Assembly (NCBI GenBank): GCA_963773285.1
Contig: CAVZAM010000013.1
Coordinates: 3,393-67,392 of the forward strand
Direction: 5' to 3'
Length of the DNA: 64,000 nt
Source of the DNA: an uncultured delta proteobacterium
Lineage (GTDB): Bacteria; Desulfobacterota; Desulfobaccia; Desulfobaccales; 0-14-0-80-60-11
Part shown: positions 32,104 to 41,812 of the stretch, in pieces
Numbering within the stretch: the stretch's first letter is position 1
Layout: each line of letters opens with the position of its first letter
The notes under the pieces: model-generated
What the model saw: only the letters and a program-made list of their open reading frames with translations
Databases searched by the model: none
What the model was told of the DNA's origin: nothing
Translations under genes and position numbers: made by a program

Positions 32104-32668
32104 GCATTAGCTCGTTCAAGAGACGGTGAATGGCCTCCCTGGCCATCTGGCGCAGGAGCAGCTCCTGTTCCCGGGGGGCGGGCGGCCCCGGGGCCAGGGG
32201 TGAACTTACCTCTACCACATCCTGAAACGCGAAGAGCACCTGGTCCCCCCGGGTGATGGTCCCGGCCATACCCAGGGAGGCTTGCAGCCTGCCGGTCAGC
32301 CACCTGAGGCGGGTCCCCTGGACGGCAAGGTGCCAGATGGTCCCGGAGAGGGTGGCGGCATTCTCCCCCGGACCCAGTTTCAAGCCCTGGGCCTGCCAGT
32401 TTTTGATCAGCTCATCCTGGAAGATTTTTAAAAATAATCCCGGGGACGCCCCGTTGGTTTCGGTCACCGTGAAGTCGCCCAAGGTGTAGGATATCTCATC
32501 CGGTTTGAAGCCCGGGGCAAGATAGGATTCCCTGACATAGATCCCCGGCTGCAGGGGCACGCCGGCTGGGGCCGCGGGCAGCATCAGGCGCGGTCCGCAG
32601 GCGCCCACAGCCAGGACTGCCAGAACGGAGGTCACCCACAGGCAAAGACGGCACATGGCCATCTCCAT
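32063..32668 (-). CDS. Putative lipoprotein
   Basis: Lipobox-like LAVLAVGAC after a short basic N-terminus. No family recognised. Confidence 0.5.
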   Translation of the reverse strand: MEMAMCRLCLWVTSVLAVLAVGACGPRLMLPAAPAGVPLQPGIYVRESYLAPGFKPDEISYTLGDFTVTETNGASPGLFLKIFQDELIKNWQAQGLKLGPGENAATLSGTIWHLAVQGTRLRWLTGRLQASLGMAGTITRGDQVLFAFQDVVEVSSPLAPGPPAPREQELLLRQMAREAIHRLLNELMLTALPAGPNQDRQ

Positions 32669-32721
32669 ACCACATCCATCGGCGTGATACCAAGAAATTT
32701 GGTGTCCGCAAGGAGGACGTA

Positions 32722-34638
32722 ATGGCAGCCGAGCAGAAGATCACCCTGTCGGTTATCAAGGCGGACGTCGGCGGTTGGGTGGGGCACAGCTGTTCCCACC
32801 CGGATATGCTGGCCCTGGCGGCTAAGCATGTGGAGGGTGCCGTCAAGCGAGGCTTGCTGGTGGACGGTCAGGTCCTCCATTGCGGCGACGACGTGGAGTT
32901 GATTATGACCCACCACCACGGCGAAAACAACTCCGAGGTCCACAAATTTGCCTGGGACACCTTTCTGGATCTCACCGAACTGGCCAAACGGATGAAGCTT
33001 TACGGGGCCGGCCAGGACATGCTGGCCGACGCCTTCTCCGGCAACGTCAAGGGCATGGGGCCGGGCGTCGCCGAAATGAGCTTCGTGGAACGCAAAAGCG
33101 AGCCGGTGGTCATCTTCATGGCCGACAAGACCTCGCCCGGGGCCTGGAACCTGCCGCTCTTCAAGATGTTCGCCGACCCCTTCAACACCGTCGGCCTGGT
33201 CATCGACCCCTCCATGCACCGGGGGTTTCGCTTCCGGGTGCTGGACGTCTTTGAAAACAAGGAATGGTTCCTCTCCTGCCCGGAGGACATGTACGATCTG
33301 CTGGTCCTGGTCGGCGCCTCGGGGCGATACCTCATCGAGAGCATCTACCGCAAGAAAGACAACGAAATCGTGGCGAAGGCTTCCTCGCAGAAACTTGCCC
33401 TCCTGGCCGGCCGCTACGTGGGGAAAGACGACCCGGTCTTGGTGGTCCGCTCCCAGTCAGGTTTTCCTGCCATCGGCGAAATCCTCGAGCCCTTTGCCTT
33501 CCCCCACCTGGTGGAAGGCTGGATGCGGGGCTCCCACCACGGCCCCCTAATGCCGGTGGCCTTTGCCGACGCCCGGCCCATCCGCTTCGACGGGCCGCCC
33601 CGGGTCATCGCCGCGGGCTATCAACTGGCCAACGGCAAATTCATCGGGCCCGTGGACCTGTTCTCCGACGTGGCCTATGACGAGGCCAGGAAGGAAGCCA
33701 GCCGCATCGCTACCTATATGCGGCGTCACGGTCCCTTCGAGCCCCACCGCCTGGGTCTCCATGAAATGGAGTACACCACGCTCCCTCAAGTCATGGCCTT
33801 CATCTTCGAAAAGTCGGCCATCCCCCGGCGGAGCGACCTGGAGGATGAGCTCAAGAAGCTCTACCCGCACCTTAGAGAACTGCGGGTGGTGGACCCGGGG
33901 ATCCAGGACATGGACGCCACCCAGAAGACCGTGGCCCGGGAAGGGGCGTACTATCTCGAGGAAATCGCCTGGAACGGCGCCAAAATCGGCCTGTCCGGCG
34001 GCAAGACCCTGTATTACCTGATTACCTATCTCGAGCCGGAGCGCCTGACCGGGCTGCACCTCTACCCCCTGACCTTGACCCCCATCATGACCATGCCGGG
34101 CCTCACCGCCAACGCCATGGTGGGCATGATGAGCACCAAGTATCCCGATGCCTCCGCCTACAACCTCCCCACCATCCCGGTGAGCTCCCGGGAGGAATAC
34201 GAAAAGCAGATGGCGGTGAATAAGGAGATGCTGAAGATTTACCGGGACATCTGGGAGGTGGACATCATGGTCCTGGGGATAGGGTATCTCACCGGGCCGC
34301 TCCCCGGGTTCAGGGCCCTGGCCCAGCAGGAGCTCAACCTGACTGCCGAAGACCTGGCCAAAAAGGGGGTGGTGGCGGAGATCAACCACACGCCCATCGA
34401 CGCCAAAGGCGAGCCCATGCTGAACACCAAGGACCAGGAGCTCGCGGCCCTCACCCGCCGGGTCATCGGCGTCGGGGCTCTGGAGCTTAGGGAGCGGGCG
34501 GCCATGGCAAATCGCTACGTGGTGGCGGTGGCCGGGGGGCTGGACAAGACCGAGGCCATCCGGGCCTGCCTCAAAGGCCGGTATTTTAACGTGCTCATCA
34601 CCGACGCCTATGTGGCCGAGGCCCTGGTGAAAGGGTAA
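32722..34638 (+). CDS. fbp: Fructose-1,6-bisphosphate aldolase/phosphatase (class V FBPase) fused to a SorC/CggR-type sugar-phosphate-binding domain
   Basis: The first ~365 aa (KITLSVIKADVGGWVGHSCSHPDML...GDDVELIMTHHHG...RRHGPFEPHRLGLHEMEYTTLPQV) are class V FBP aldolase/phosphatase. Residues ~375-638 (LKKLYPHLRELRVVD...AYYLEEIAWNGAKIGLSGGKTLYYL...VAVAGGLDKTEAIRACLKGRYFNVLITD) match the SorC/CggR effector domain without its HTH. It is a single uninterrupted ORF. Confidence 0.8.
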   Translation: MAAEQKITLSVIKADVGGWVGHSCSHPDMLALAAKHVEGAVKRGLLVDGQVLHCGDDVELIMTHHHGENNSEVHKFAWDTFLDLTELAKRMKLYGAGQDMLADAFSGNVKGMGPGVAEMSFVERKSEPVVIFMADKTSPGAWNLPLFKMFADPFNTVGLVIDPSMHRGFRFRVLDVFENKEWFLSCPEDMYDLLVLVGASGRYLIESIYRKKDNEIVAKASSQKLALLAGRYVGKDDPVLVVRSQSGFPAIGEILEPFAFPHLVEGWMRGSHHGPLMPVAFADARPIRFDGPPRVIAAGYQLANGKFIGPVDLFSDVAYDEARKEASRIATYMRRHGPFEPHRLGLHEMEYTTLPQVMAFIFEKSAIPRRSDLEDELKKLYPHLRELRVVDPGIQDMDATQKTVAREGAYYLEEIAWNGAKIGLSGGKTLYYLITYLEPERLTGLHLYPLTLTPIMTMPGLTANAMVGMMSTKYPDASAYNLPTIPVSSREEYEKQMAVNKEMLKIYRDIWEVDIMVLGIGYLTGPLPGFRALAQQELNLTAEDLAKKGVVAEINHTPIDAKGEPMLNTKDQELAALTRRVIGVGALELRERAAMANRYVVAVAGGLDKTEAIRACLKGRYFNVLITDAYVAEALVKG

Positions 34639-34813
34639 ACTTTTTTGGCAATTTGGGCCTTATAGAGGTAAACTTGGCGGGCAAAGTTTCAATTATCTGG
34701 GATTTCTGGTAGGGGCGGCCGCAGGTGGCCGCCCGTTGGGAGGGCGCCCGCACGGGTGCGCCCCTACTTTGGTAATCGCTATTGAGACATAACCTGGAGC
34801 CCGTGCCGACTGG

Positions 34814-35812
34814 ATGCCAAGATTAACCAAAATCCTCCTCTGGGGCGCCAGTCTCGCGACCCTGCTGTTCCTGGGGAGCCTGGGTTATGTCCTCATCGAG
34901 GGCTGGAGCTTTTTTGACGCCCTGTACATGACCATCACCACCCTCACCACCGTGGGCTATGGGGAGATCCACCCCATGGACCAGGCGGGGCGGGCCTACA
35001 CCATGGTCCTCATCCTGGCGGGGGTGGGGGTCATGCTTTACATTGTCGGGGCCCTGGCCCGGGTAGTGGTGGAAGGGGAAATCCAGGCAGCCCTGGGAAA
35101 GCGGAAGATCAGGCGACGAGTGCAAAAACTCAAGGATCACTATATCATCTGCGGCTATGGCCGCCTGGGCAAAATCATCGCCAGGCAACTGTCCAACGCC
35201 GGCATACCCCTGGTGGTGGTGGAAAATGATCCGGAGGTCATCGCCAAGGTAGAGGCCCAGGGGTATTCTTTTGTGGCCGGCGATGCCACCCAGGAGGAAG
35301 TGCTCCTGGAAGTGGGCATCGAACGGGCCAAGGGTCTGGTGGCGGTCCTGCATTCCGACGCCGGTAACGTCTACATCACCCTGACGGCCCGGAGCCTCAA
35401 CCCCCGGCTGTTTATCGTGGCCCGGGGGGAGGAGCCGGGCTCCCAGCAGAAGCTGCTCCGGGCCGGGGCCGACAAGGTGGAGTCGCCCTATGAGATGGGG
35501 GGCCGGAAGATGGCCCACACCATCCTGCGCCCCACGGTTACCACCTTCATGGAGCTGGCCATGCAGGAGGGGGTGGAGTGGAGCATGGAGGAGGTCGCCG
35601 TGAGCGAACGCTCCCCCATGGTGGGGGTGCCCCTCATGGACACGGGCATCCGCAAGGATCTGGACCTCATCGCCGTGGCTGTCAAGCGGGCTGACGGGAC
35701 CTTGCTCTTCAATCCCACCCCCCATACCACCCTGCAGGGCGGGGACACCCTGATCGTGGTGGGCATGCGGCATAACCTGGAAAAGTTTGAGGAGATGCTG
35801 GGACCTCACTAG
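34814..35812 (+). CDS. Potassium channel with RCK/TrkA domains (MthK-like)
   Basis: Two TM helices flank the selectivity filter TLTTVGYGE, followed by TrkA-N (IICGYGRLG) and TrkA-C domains. Confidence 0.9.
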   Translation: MPRLTKILLWGASLATLLFLGSLGYVLIEGWSFFDALYMTITTLTTVGYGEIHPMDQAGRAYTMVLILAGVGVMLYIVGALARVVVEGEIQAALGKRKIRRRVQKLKDHYIICGYGRLGKIIARQLSNAGIPLVVVENDPEVIAKVEAQGYSFVAGDATQEEVLLEVGIERAKGLVAVLHSDAGNVYITLTARSLNPRLFIVARGEEPGSQQKLLRAGADKVESPYEMGGRKMAHTILRPTVTTFMELAMQEGVEWSMEEVAVSERSPMVGVPLMDTGIRKDLDLIAVAVKRADGTLLFNPTPHTTLQGGDTLIVVGMRHNLEKFEEMLGPH

Positions 35813-35871
35813 CAGATTTTCACCGGCCCCTTTGATTCATCTATTGCTTATGTGGTCTTGATTCCCTGCCA

Positions 35872-36600
35872 TTGGAGGCTACCGTGTCTGAACCAATAAT
35901 CGGCCGCGACGTCAGCATCACCTTTTACGGTCACTCTGCTTTCAAGCTGTCCGGGCAGGGTGTGAATGTAGTCATCGACCCCTGGCTCAGCAACCCCCTC
36001 CTCGACACCCCGGTTGCCAAGGTGGGGCCGGTGGATGTGATTCTCGTCACCCACGGTCACGGCGATCACGTGGGGGAGACCGTGGCCCTGGCCCAGGAAA
36101 CCCATGCCCAGGTGGTGGCCATTCACGAGCTTTCCCAGATCCTGGCCGATCAGGGCGCGCCTCAGACCATCGGCATGAACAAGGGGGGCACCCTGGACCT
36201 CAAGGGCCTCAAGATCACCATGACTAATGCGGTACATTCCTCCACCGCCCAGGTAGAGGGAAAGGCCTTGTCCGCCGGCGAGGCGGGGGGCTTTGTCATT
36301 GCTTTCCCCAACGGTTTTACGGTCTACCACGCCGGGGACACCGCGGTCTTCAAGGACATGGAGCTCATCCAGGAACTTTACCACCCCGAGGTGGCCATGC
36401 TCCCCATCGGCAGCCACTACGTCATGGACCCCAGGGAGGCGGCCCTGGCCTGCCGGCTGCTGAAGCCCCGCGTGGTCATTCCCATGCACTACGGCACCTT
36501 CCCGGTGCTCACCGGCACCCCGGAGGAATTGCAGGCCCTCCTGAAGGACCAGCCGGAAACCCGGGTGCTCCCCATGAAACCCGGGGAGACCGTAGAGTAG
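35872..36600 (+). CDS. Metal-dependent hydrolase, UPF0173/MBL-fold family
   Basis: ITFYGHSAFKL, VVIDPWL, THGHGDHVG and PMHYGTFP. Confidence 0.85.
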   Translation: MEATVSEPIIGRDVSITFYGHSAFKLSGQGVNVVIDPWLSNPLLDTPVAKVGPVDVILVTHGHGDHVGETVALAQETHAQVVAIHELSQILADQGAPQTIGMNKGGTLDLKGLKITMTNAVHSSTAQVEGKALSAGEAGGFVIAFPNGFTVYHAGDTAVFKDMELIQELYHPEVAMLPIGSHYVMDPREAALACRLLKPRVVIPMHYGTFPVLTGTPEELQALLKDQPETRVLPMKPGETVE

Positions 36601-36667
36601 CGCTAGGTGAGGGGAGGGCCGGGGGAGCGGTTTCCCCCTTCAAACTCTCTTCCCTAACTTCTTGACC

Positions 36668-36790
36668 GGAGCACAGGCATCCTGCCTGTTCTGCACAGGC
36701 TGGAAGCCTGTGCTCCCGAATTAAGGGGTTGGGGATGGGGGCTTGGGGGAAGGGGTAGGGGCCCACCGGCCCCTGGCCCCTTCCCCCAAA
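36668..36790. repeat. Composite repeat: two CACAGGC hairpin modules plus type 1 G-run palindrome
   Basis: GGAGCACAGGCATCCTGCCTGTTCTGCACAGGCTGGAAGCCTGTGCTCC, then CGAATTAAGGGGTTGGGGATGGGGGCTTGGGGGAAGGGGTAGGGGCCCACCGGCCCCTGGCCCCTTCCCCC. Confidence 0.8.
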
Positions 36791-36812
36791 AAAACATATC
36801 CAAGGAGCGATA

Positions 36813-38528
36813 ATGAGGCGGCGGAAGGTGTGGCAGGAGTATCCGGAGCAGCTGGAGGTAGTCCAGCAGATGAGTTCCCATCATGGTTTTCCGCCCCTTA
36901 TTGCGAGGCTCCTGGTGAATCGGGGGCTTTTGGACCCGGATGATATCCTGGCCTTCCTGGACCCCACCCTGGAGCGCCTGATTTCCCCCTTAAGCCTCCC
37001 GGACCTGGATGTGGCCGCCGCCCGCCTGGCCCGGGCCGTGCGCCGCCGCGAGCCCCTGGTGGTCTACGGGGATTATGACGCCGACGGGGTCACGGCTGCC
37101 TGTCTTTTAACCCAGTTTTTCCAGGAATTGGGCCTCCCCTGCCTCACCTACATCCCCGACCGCCTCACCGAGGGCTACGGCCTCAATGTGGCGGCCCTCG
37201 AAAAGTTGGCGGCCCAGGCCAAGCTTCTGGTGACCGTGGACTGCGGCGTCAGCGACCTGGCGGAGGTGACCTGGGCCCGGGACCACGGCCTCGAGATCAT
37301 CGTCACGGACCACCACGAACTGCCCCCGGAGTTGCCCCCGGCCCTGGCGGTGGTGAACCCCAAGCGGGGCGGCGAGGCCTATCCCTTTGACATGCTGGCC
37401 GGGGTGGGGGTGGCCCTGCTTCTGGCCCTGGGGGTGAGGGCGCGGCTGAGGGAGGAGGGCTGGTTCAAGAATCACCCCGAACCCAATCTCAGGAGCTACC
37501 TGGACCTGGTGGCCCTGGGCACCGCGGCCGACGTGGTCCCGGTTTTGGGGGAAAACCGCATCCTGGTGCGGGAGGGGCTCAAGGTCCTGGGGGAGACCAG
37601 GCGGCCGGGGCTTCTGGCCTTGAAGGAAGTGGCCAGCATGAACGGCGCGACGGTCTCCTACCGGGACCTGTGTTTCAAACTCGCCCCCCGCCTCAACGCC
37701 GCCGGGCGCCTGGGCCAGGCCATGGGAGCCCTGCAGTTGCTCCTGTCTAATGATCTGGGGCAGGCCCGCAGTCAGGCGAGAATCCTCAACGATTTGAACC
37801 GGAAGCGCCAGACCCTGGAAGGGGAGGTCCTGGACCAGGCCCGGGACCTGGTCCGCCGGCAGGGACTGGACCAGCGGCCGGTCATGGTCCTGGGCGGGGA
37901 GGGCTGGCACGCCGGGGTCATCGGCATCGTGGCCGCCCGCCTGGCCGAGGAGTTTCACCGGCCCGTGGCCCTGGTGAGCCTGCAGGATGGGCTGGGCAAG
38001 GGTTCGGCCCGCTCCGTCCCGGGGTACCATATCTTTCACGGGCTGGAGGCCTGCCGGCAGTATTTCATCAAGTTCGGCGGCCACGCAGCCGCGGCGGGCT
38101 TCCTCATGCATGAGGAACATCTCCCGGCCCTGCAGGCGGACCTGGAAGAGACCTTTCTGGTCCAGACCGGGGCGGACCGCCTGCGACCCACCCTCAAGGT
38201 GGACGCGGCGGTGGCCTTAAACGACCTGGACCCGGACTTCTATGAGCACCTGGAACGCCTGCGCCCCTTCGGCCCGGGCAACCCCGAGCCGGTTTTCGTG
38301 TGCGACGCGGTGGACTGCCTCACCTCCCGGGTGGTGGGCAAGCGCCACCTGAAGGTTCAGTTGGCCCATGACGGCGTGGTCATGGAGGCCATCGCCTTCG
38401 ACCAGGCGGCGCTTCATCCTCTCAATGGCCCCCTGGAGATCGCCTTCAGCACCCGTTTCTCCACCTTCATGGGCCGCACCACCCCGGAACTCATGCTCCT
38501 GGACTGGGGCCGCCCCGTAAGACGTTAA
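36813..38528 (+). CDS. recJ: Single-stranded-DNA-specific exonuclease RecJ
   Basis: DHH motifs VVYGDYDADGV, TVDCG and VTDHHE, the DHHA1 GGHAAAAG motif, and a C-terminal OB-like region. Confidence 0.95.
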   Translation: MRRRKVWQEYPEQLEVVQQMSSHHGFPPLIARLLVNRGLLDPDDILAFLDPTLERLISPLSLPDLDVAAARLARAVRRREPLVVYGDYDADGVTAACLLTQFFQELGLPCLTYIPDRLTEGYGLNVAALEKLAAQAKLLVTVDCGVSDLAEVTWARDHGLEIIVTDHHELPPELPPALAVVNPKRGGEAYPFDMLAGVGVALLLALGVRARLREEGWFKNHPEPNLRSYLDLVALGTAADVVPVLGENRILVREGLKVLGETRRPGLLALKEVASMNGATVSYRDLCFKLAPRLNAAGRLGQAMGALQLLLSNDLGQARSQARILNDLNRKRQTLEGEVLDQARDLVRRQGLDQRPVMVLGGEGWHAGVIGIVAARLAEEFHRPVALVSLQDGLGKGSARSVPGYHIFHGLEACRQYFIKFGGHAAAAGFLMHEEHLPALQADLEETFLVQTGADRLRPTLKVDAAVALNDLDPDFYEHLERLRPFGPGNPEPVFVCDAVDCLTSRVVGKRHLKVQLAHDGVVMEAIAFDQAALHPLNGPLEIAFSTRFSTFMGRTTPELMLLDWGRPVRR

Positions 38529-38715
38529 AAATTAAAAGTAAAAAGTTAAAAGTTAAGGGTCAAGGTCCAAAGAAGGTGTAAGAAGAATTGGGCTTGTCCT
38601 GATTATTTTTCCCGAAAACCGAAAACTGGAAACCGAAAACAGTATTACCCTTGCCCGGGGGTCCTTTGTGTGATAGAGGAGAGTAATTCCAGGCCAGGGG
38701 CCTAGGGGAGGACAT

Positions 38716-39126
38716 ATGGCTGGGGGCATCAATAAAGTGATCCTGGTGGGCAACCTGGGGGCTGATCCCGAATTGCGCTATACCGCCAGCGGTACGGCCG
38801 TGGCGAAATTCCGCATTGCCACCAGCGAGTCGTTCACCGATAAGCAGGGGCAGAAACAGGAGCGCACCGAGTGGCACCGCATCACCGCCTGGGGCAAACT
38901 CGCCGAGATCTGCGGCCAGTACCTCGCTAAAGGCAAAATGGTCTACATCGAGGGCAAAATCCGCTCCGACACCTGGGAGCAGGACGGCGTCAAGCGCTAC
39001 TCCTATGAAATTGTGGCCGACACCATGCGGATGCTGGGTGGGGGGGGAGGCAGGGGGGAACGGGAAACCGAAGCACCCTTCTCGCCGCCGGAAGGTGGCG
39101 TCCCGGACGACGACATCCCCTTTTAA
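38716..39126 (+). CDS. ssb: Single-stranded DNA-binding protein
   Basis: [33 protein letters not shown], a Gly-rich linker and the acidic tail DDDIPF. Confidence 0.95.
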   Translation: MAGGINKVILVGNLGADPELRYTASGTAVAKFRIATSESFTDKQGQKQERTEWHRITAWGKLAEICGQYLAKGKMVYIEGKIRSDTWEQDGVKRYSYEIVADTMRMLGGGGGRGERETEAPFSPPEGGVPDDDIPF

Positions 39127-39287
39127 AGCTGTGAAATAAAAGAGCTGCAGTCCCCGGCCCCTGTGACGTATGAGGGTTTCGGGGGACTGGTAAAAAACTT
39201 TGCAGTTTTTGTAGTTAAAGAAGGGAGTTCGCTCCGATTGTTGTAAAATCAAACATTTTTTCCCAACCCTGACATCCCTAATATCCC

Positions 39288-39927
39288 ATGAAAAGCCGAG
39301 CCACCCTGCGCCAAGAGATCCGCACCCTGCTTCAGGACGGCAATTTCCCGGGACTGGTGGCCCTGGCCAGCCGGGAGGCCCAGGTGACGGGCCTGCTCAT
39401 GCAGTTCCTCTATGACCCCCACGACCCCCTGCACTGGCGGGCTCTGGAAGGCCTGGGCCACGTCGCCCACGGCCACCCCGGCCAGGTGCAGAAGATCATC
39501 ACCCGGCTCCTGTGGCTCTTAAACGAGGACTCCGGCAGCTTCGGGTGGGGGGCGGCCGCCGCCCTGGGGGAGATCGGGCGCCACGAAATTGCCGTGGTGG
39601 CGCGACATCATCCCCATGTTCTGCGGCTTTCTGGACGAGACCTTCTCCCGGGCCCCCATGCTCTGGGGCATCGGCCGCATGGCGGAGGTGCACCCGGACA
39701 AGCTCGGCGAGGTGGTGCCCTGTCTTTGGCAATGCCTGGAAGACCAGGACCCCCAGGTCAGGGGTTTGAGCGCCTGGGCTCTGGGAAAATTACCGGCCCG
39801 GGAAGACCTGGAGCCGTTAGAGAAATTACTGGCCGATGAGGCGCCAGTCCAGCTGTATGACCGGGGCGAGGTGCATGGGGTGACCGTGGCCCAGTTGGCC
39901 CGGGAGGCGTTGGCTGCCCTCAAATGA
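39288..39927 (+). CDS. DVU0298-family HEAT-repeat protein (frameshift near 39600)
   Basis: [14 protein letters not shown]...[12 protein letters not shown]...[20 protein letters not shown], then in a second frame [11 protein letters not shown]...LWGIGRMAE...[16 protein letters not shown]. Confidence 0.6.
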
Positions 39928-40004
39928 GCTTGCCATTTTCCCCCGTCACAGGTATGAATACCTACCACGAGTGAACCTGATTACGCTGAGGAAGGAAAAG
40001 GGAT

Positions 40005-40166
40005 ATGCTGGTGCTGATTCTGATTTTTCTGGTGGGTGTGTATGTAGGCTATAGGTACCCCGACCAGGTGACCAAGGCCGTTGACAACATCAAAAAGTTG
40101 TACAACGACATCAAGGACAAGTTTACCAGCAAAGAACCACCGCCGCCCCCGCCACCTGTCCATTAG
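40005..40166 (+). CDS. Small membrane protein (53 aa)
   Basis: GAGGAAGGAAAAGGG SD, then MLVLILIFLVGVYVGYRYPDQVTKAVDNIKKLYNDIKDKFTSKEPPPPPPPVH*. Below the ORF-track cutoff. Confidence 0.4.
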   Translation: MLVLILIFLVGVYVGYRYPDQVTKAVDNIKKLYNDIKDKFTSKEPPPPPPPVH

Positions 40167-40229
40167 AGGCCACGGGGAGGGCAGGGGTGCCCCTGGTCCC
40201 TGGGCTGCTTCCCGATGCCGCCTCGAGGT

Positions 40230-40994
40230 TCAGGGCAGGAGGGCGATAACCGCGGCCTGGCGGCCGGTGGTCCCGTCCCGGCGGTAGGAAAAGAAGTCCT
40301 CCGCCCGGCAGCGGGTGCACAGACCGGCCACTTCGATGTTTCCGGGCTGTAGGCCCGCGGCCTTGAGCTGGTCGAAGCTCAGCTGCCAGAGGTCGAAGTA
40401 GTTCCGCCGCACCTGGTATTTCCAGACCTCCGGGGGCAGTTCCTGCCGATAATTCCGGAATTCGGCGCAGCAGGGCCCCAGGCCCGGCCCGACGGCGGCA
40501 TGCAGGGCCTCGGGGCGGGAGTCGAAGTGGCGGGCCAGGCGGCTCACGGTGGCGGCCAGGATGCCGGCCATCTGCCCCCGCCAGCCGCAGTGGGCGTGGG
40601 CCACCACCCGGTGCTCCGGGTCATAGAACATCACTGCCTGGCAGTCGGCCTGCTTGATGAGGAGGCCCAGGCCCGGCCGGGCAGTGATGAGAATGTCCGC
40701 CTCGGGTGTCTTCCCCGGGGACTCCGGGGTCCCGCCGGCGATCATGGCGTCTACGCCGTGCACCTGGGAGGCGTTGGCCAGGTCGTCCAAACCCAGGGCC
40801 TGCTGAATCCGGCGCCGGTTGGCCTCGACGTGCCCGGGCAGGTCCCCCACGGCCCGGCTGATGTTAAGGCTGGAGTAAGGTCCGCCGCTCACCCCGCCCT
40901 GCCGGGTGAACACCCCGTGGGTTATGCCGGGAAGGGCCGCCAGGCCCGGAAAGCGGTACCACCGGAGGCCGTTTTTTTCCACCAGTTCCATCAT
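40230..40994 (-). CDS. pgeF: Peptidoglycan editing factor PgeF / YfiH (polyphenol-oxidase-like, Cu-oxidase_4) family protein
   Basis: GVFTRQGGVS..PYSSLN, QVHG, ITARPGLGL..ADC and AHCGWRG motifs. Confidence 0.88.
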   Translation of the reverse strand: MMELVEKNGLRWYRFPGLAALPGITHGVFTRQGGVSGGPYSSLNISRAVGDLPGHVEANRRRIQQALGLDDLANASQVHGVDAMIAGGTPESPGKTPEADILITARPGLGLLIKQADCQAVMFYDPEHRVVAHAHCGWRGQMAGILAATVSRLARHFDSRPEALHAAVGPGLGPCCAEFRNYRQELPPEVWKYQVRRNYFDLWQLSFDQLKAAGLQPGNIEVAGLCTRCRAEDFFSYRRDGTTGRQAAVIALLP

Positions 40995-41086
40995 CGCTAC
41001 ATCGGCAGATCCCTTGATTAACTATACCTGGCCGGCCATCCGGTCAGGTCCGCCACACTCTATCATGCTTCGGTAAGGACGGGGTT

Positions 41087-41812
41087 ATGAGCGCAAAAAA
41101 AATTCTCATCGTCCAGCACATGGACTGGGAGGGGCCGGGGGGGCACCTGCTCGCGGCCCTGGCCGGCGCCGGGATTGCTTATGAAATAGCCGAGGCCTGG
41201 CACCGCCCGCTGCCGCCCCTTGACCCCTTCGCCGCTCTTATAGTGCTGGGGGGTTCGCCCAACGTCGATGAGGAGCAGGACTTTCCCTACCTTGTGCCCC
41301 TGAAGGCCATGATCCGGGAGGTTATCGCCTCGGGCCGCGCTTACCTGGGGTTCTGCCTGGGCCACCAGCTCCTGGCCCACGTGCTGGGCTGCCAGGTGGG
41401 CCCCATGCTCAGGAAATCCATCGGCTTTGTCACCGGGCACCTGACCCCCCGGGGGGAGGGCCACCCGGTTTTTCAGGGCCTGCCGGCCGAGTTGCCCCTG
41501 TTCAAGTGGCACGGCCAGGGGGTGATCATGCCGGTCCCCCACGGCCTGGAAATCCTGGCCACCTCCCCGGCGGCACCGGTGGAGGCCCTGGGCATCATCG
41601 ACAACCCCCGGGTGGTGGGGCTGCAGTTCGACAACCACGCCGACGCCCGGGACGTGGCGAAATGGCTGGACCATGACGGTGACTGGGCCCTGGCCGGCAG
41701 CGGCGTCGACCCCAAAAAGCTCCTGGCCCAGGCCCCCGAGGAAGAAGCCCCCATGGGCGAAATCTTCCGGCGCTTGATGGGCAATTTTTTCCGCATCGCC
41801 GGCCTTACCTGA
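41087..41812 (+). CDS. Type 1 glutamine amidotransferase
   Basis: ILIVQHMDWEGPG, the nucleophile elbow GFCLGHQLL, and a conserved H...E region near the C-terminus. Confidence 0.8.
   Translation: MSAKKILIVQHMDWEGPGGHLLAALAGAGIAYEIAEAWHRPLPPLDPFAALIVLGGSPNVDEEQDFPYLVPLKAMIREVIASGRAYLGFCLGHQLLAHVLGCQVGPMLRKSIGFVTGHLTPRGEGHPVFQGLPAELPLFKWHGQGVIMPVPHGLEILATSPAAPVEALGIIDNPRVVGLQFDNHADARDVAKWLDHDGDWALAGSGVDPKKLLAQAPEEEAPMGEIFRRLMGNFFRIAGLT

Noticed and set aside
38529-38650. Possible CRISPR-like array (repeated GAAAAC / AAAAGT units)
   Set aside because: The units are only 6-7 nt, contiguous and without spacers, and no cas genes are nearby.
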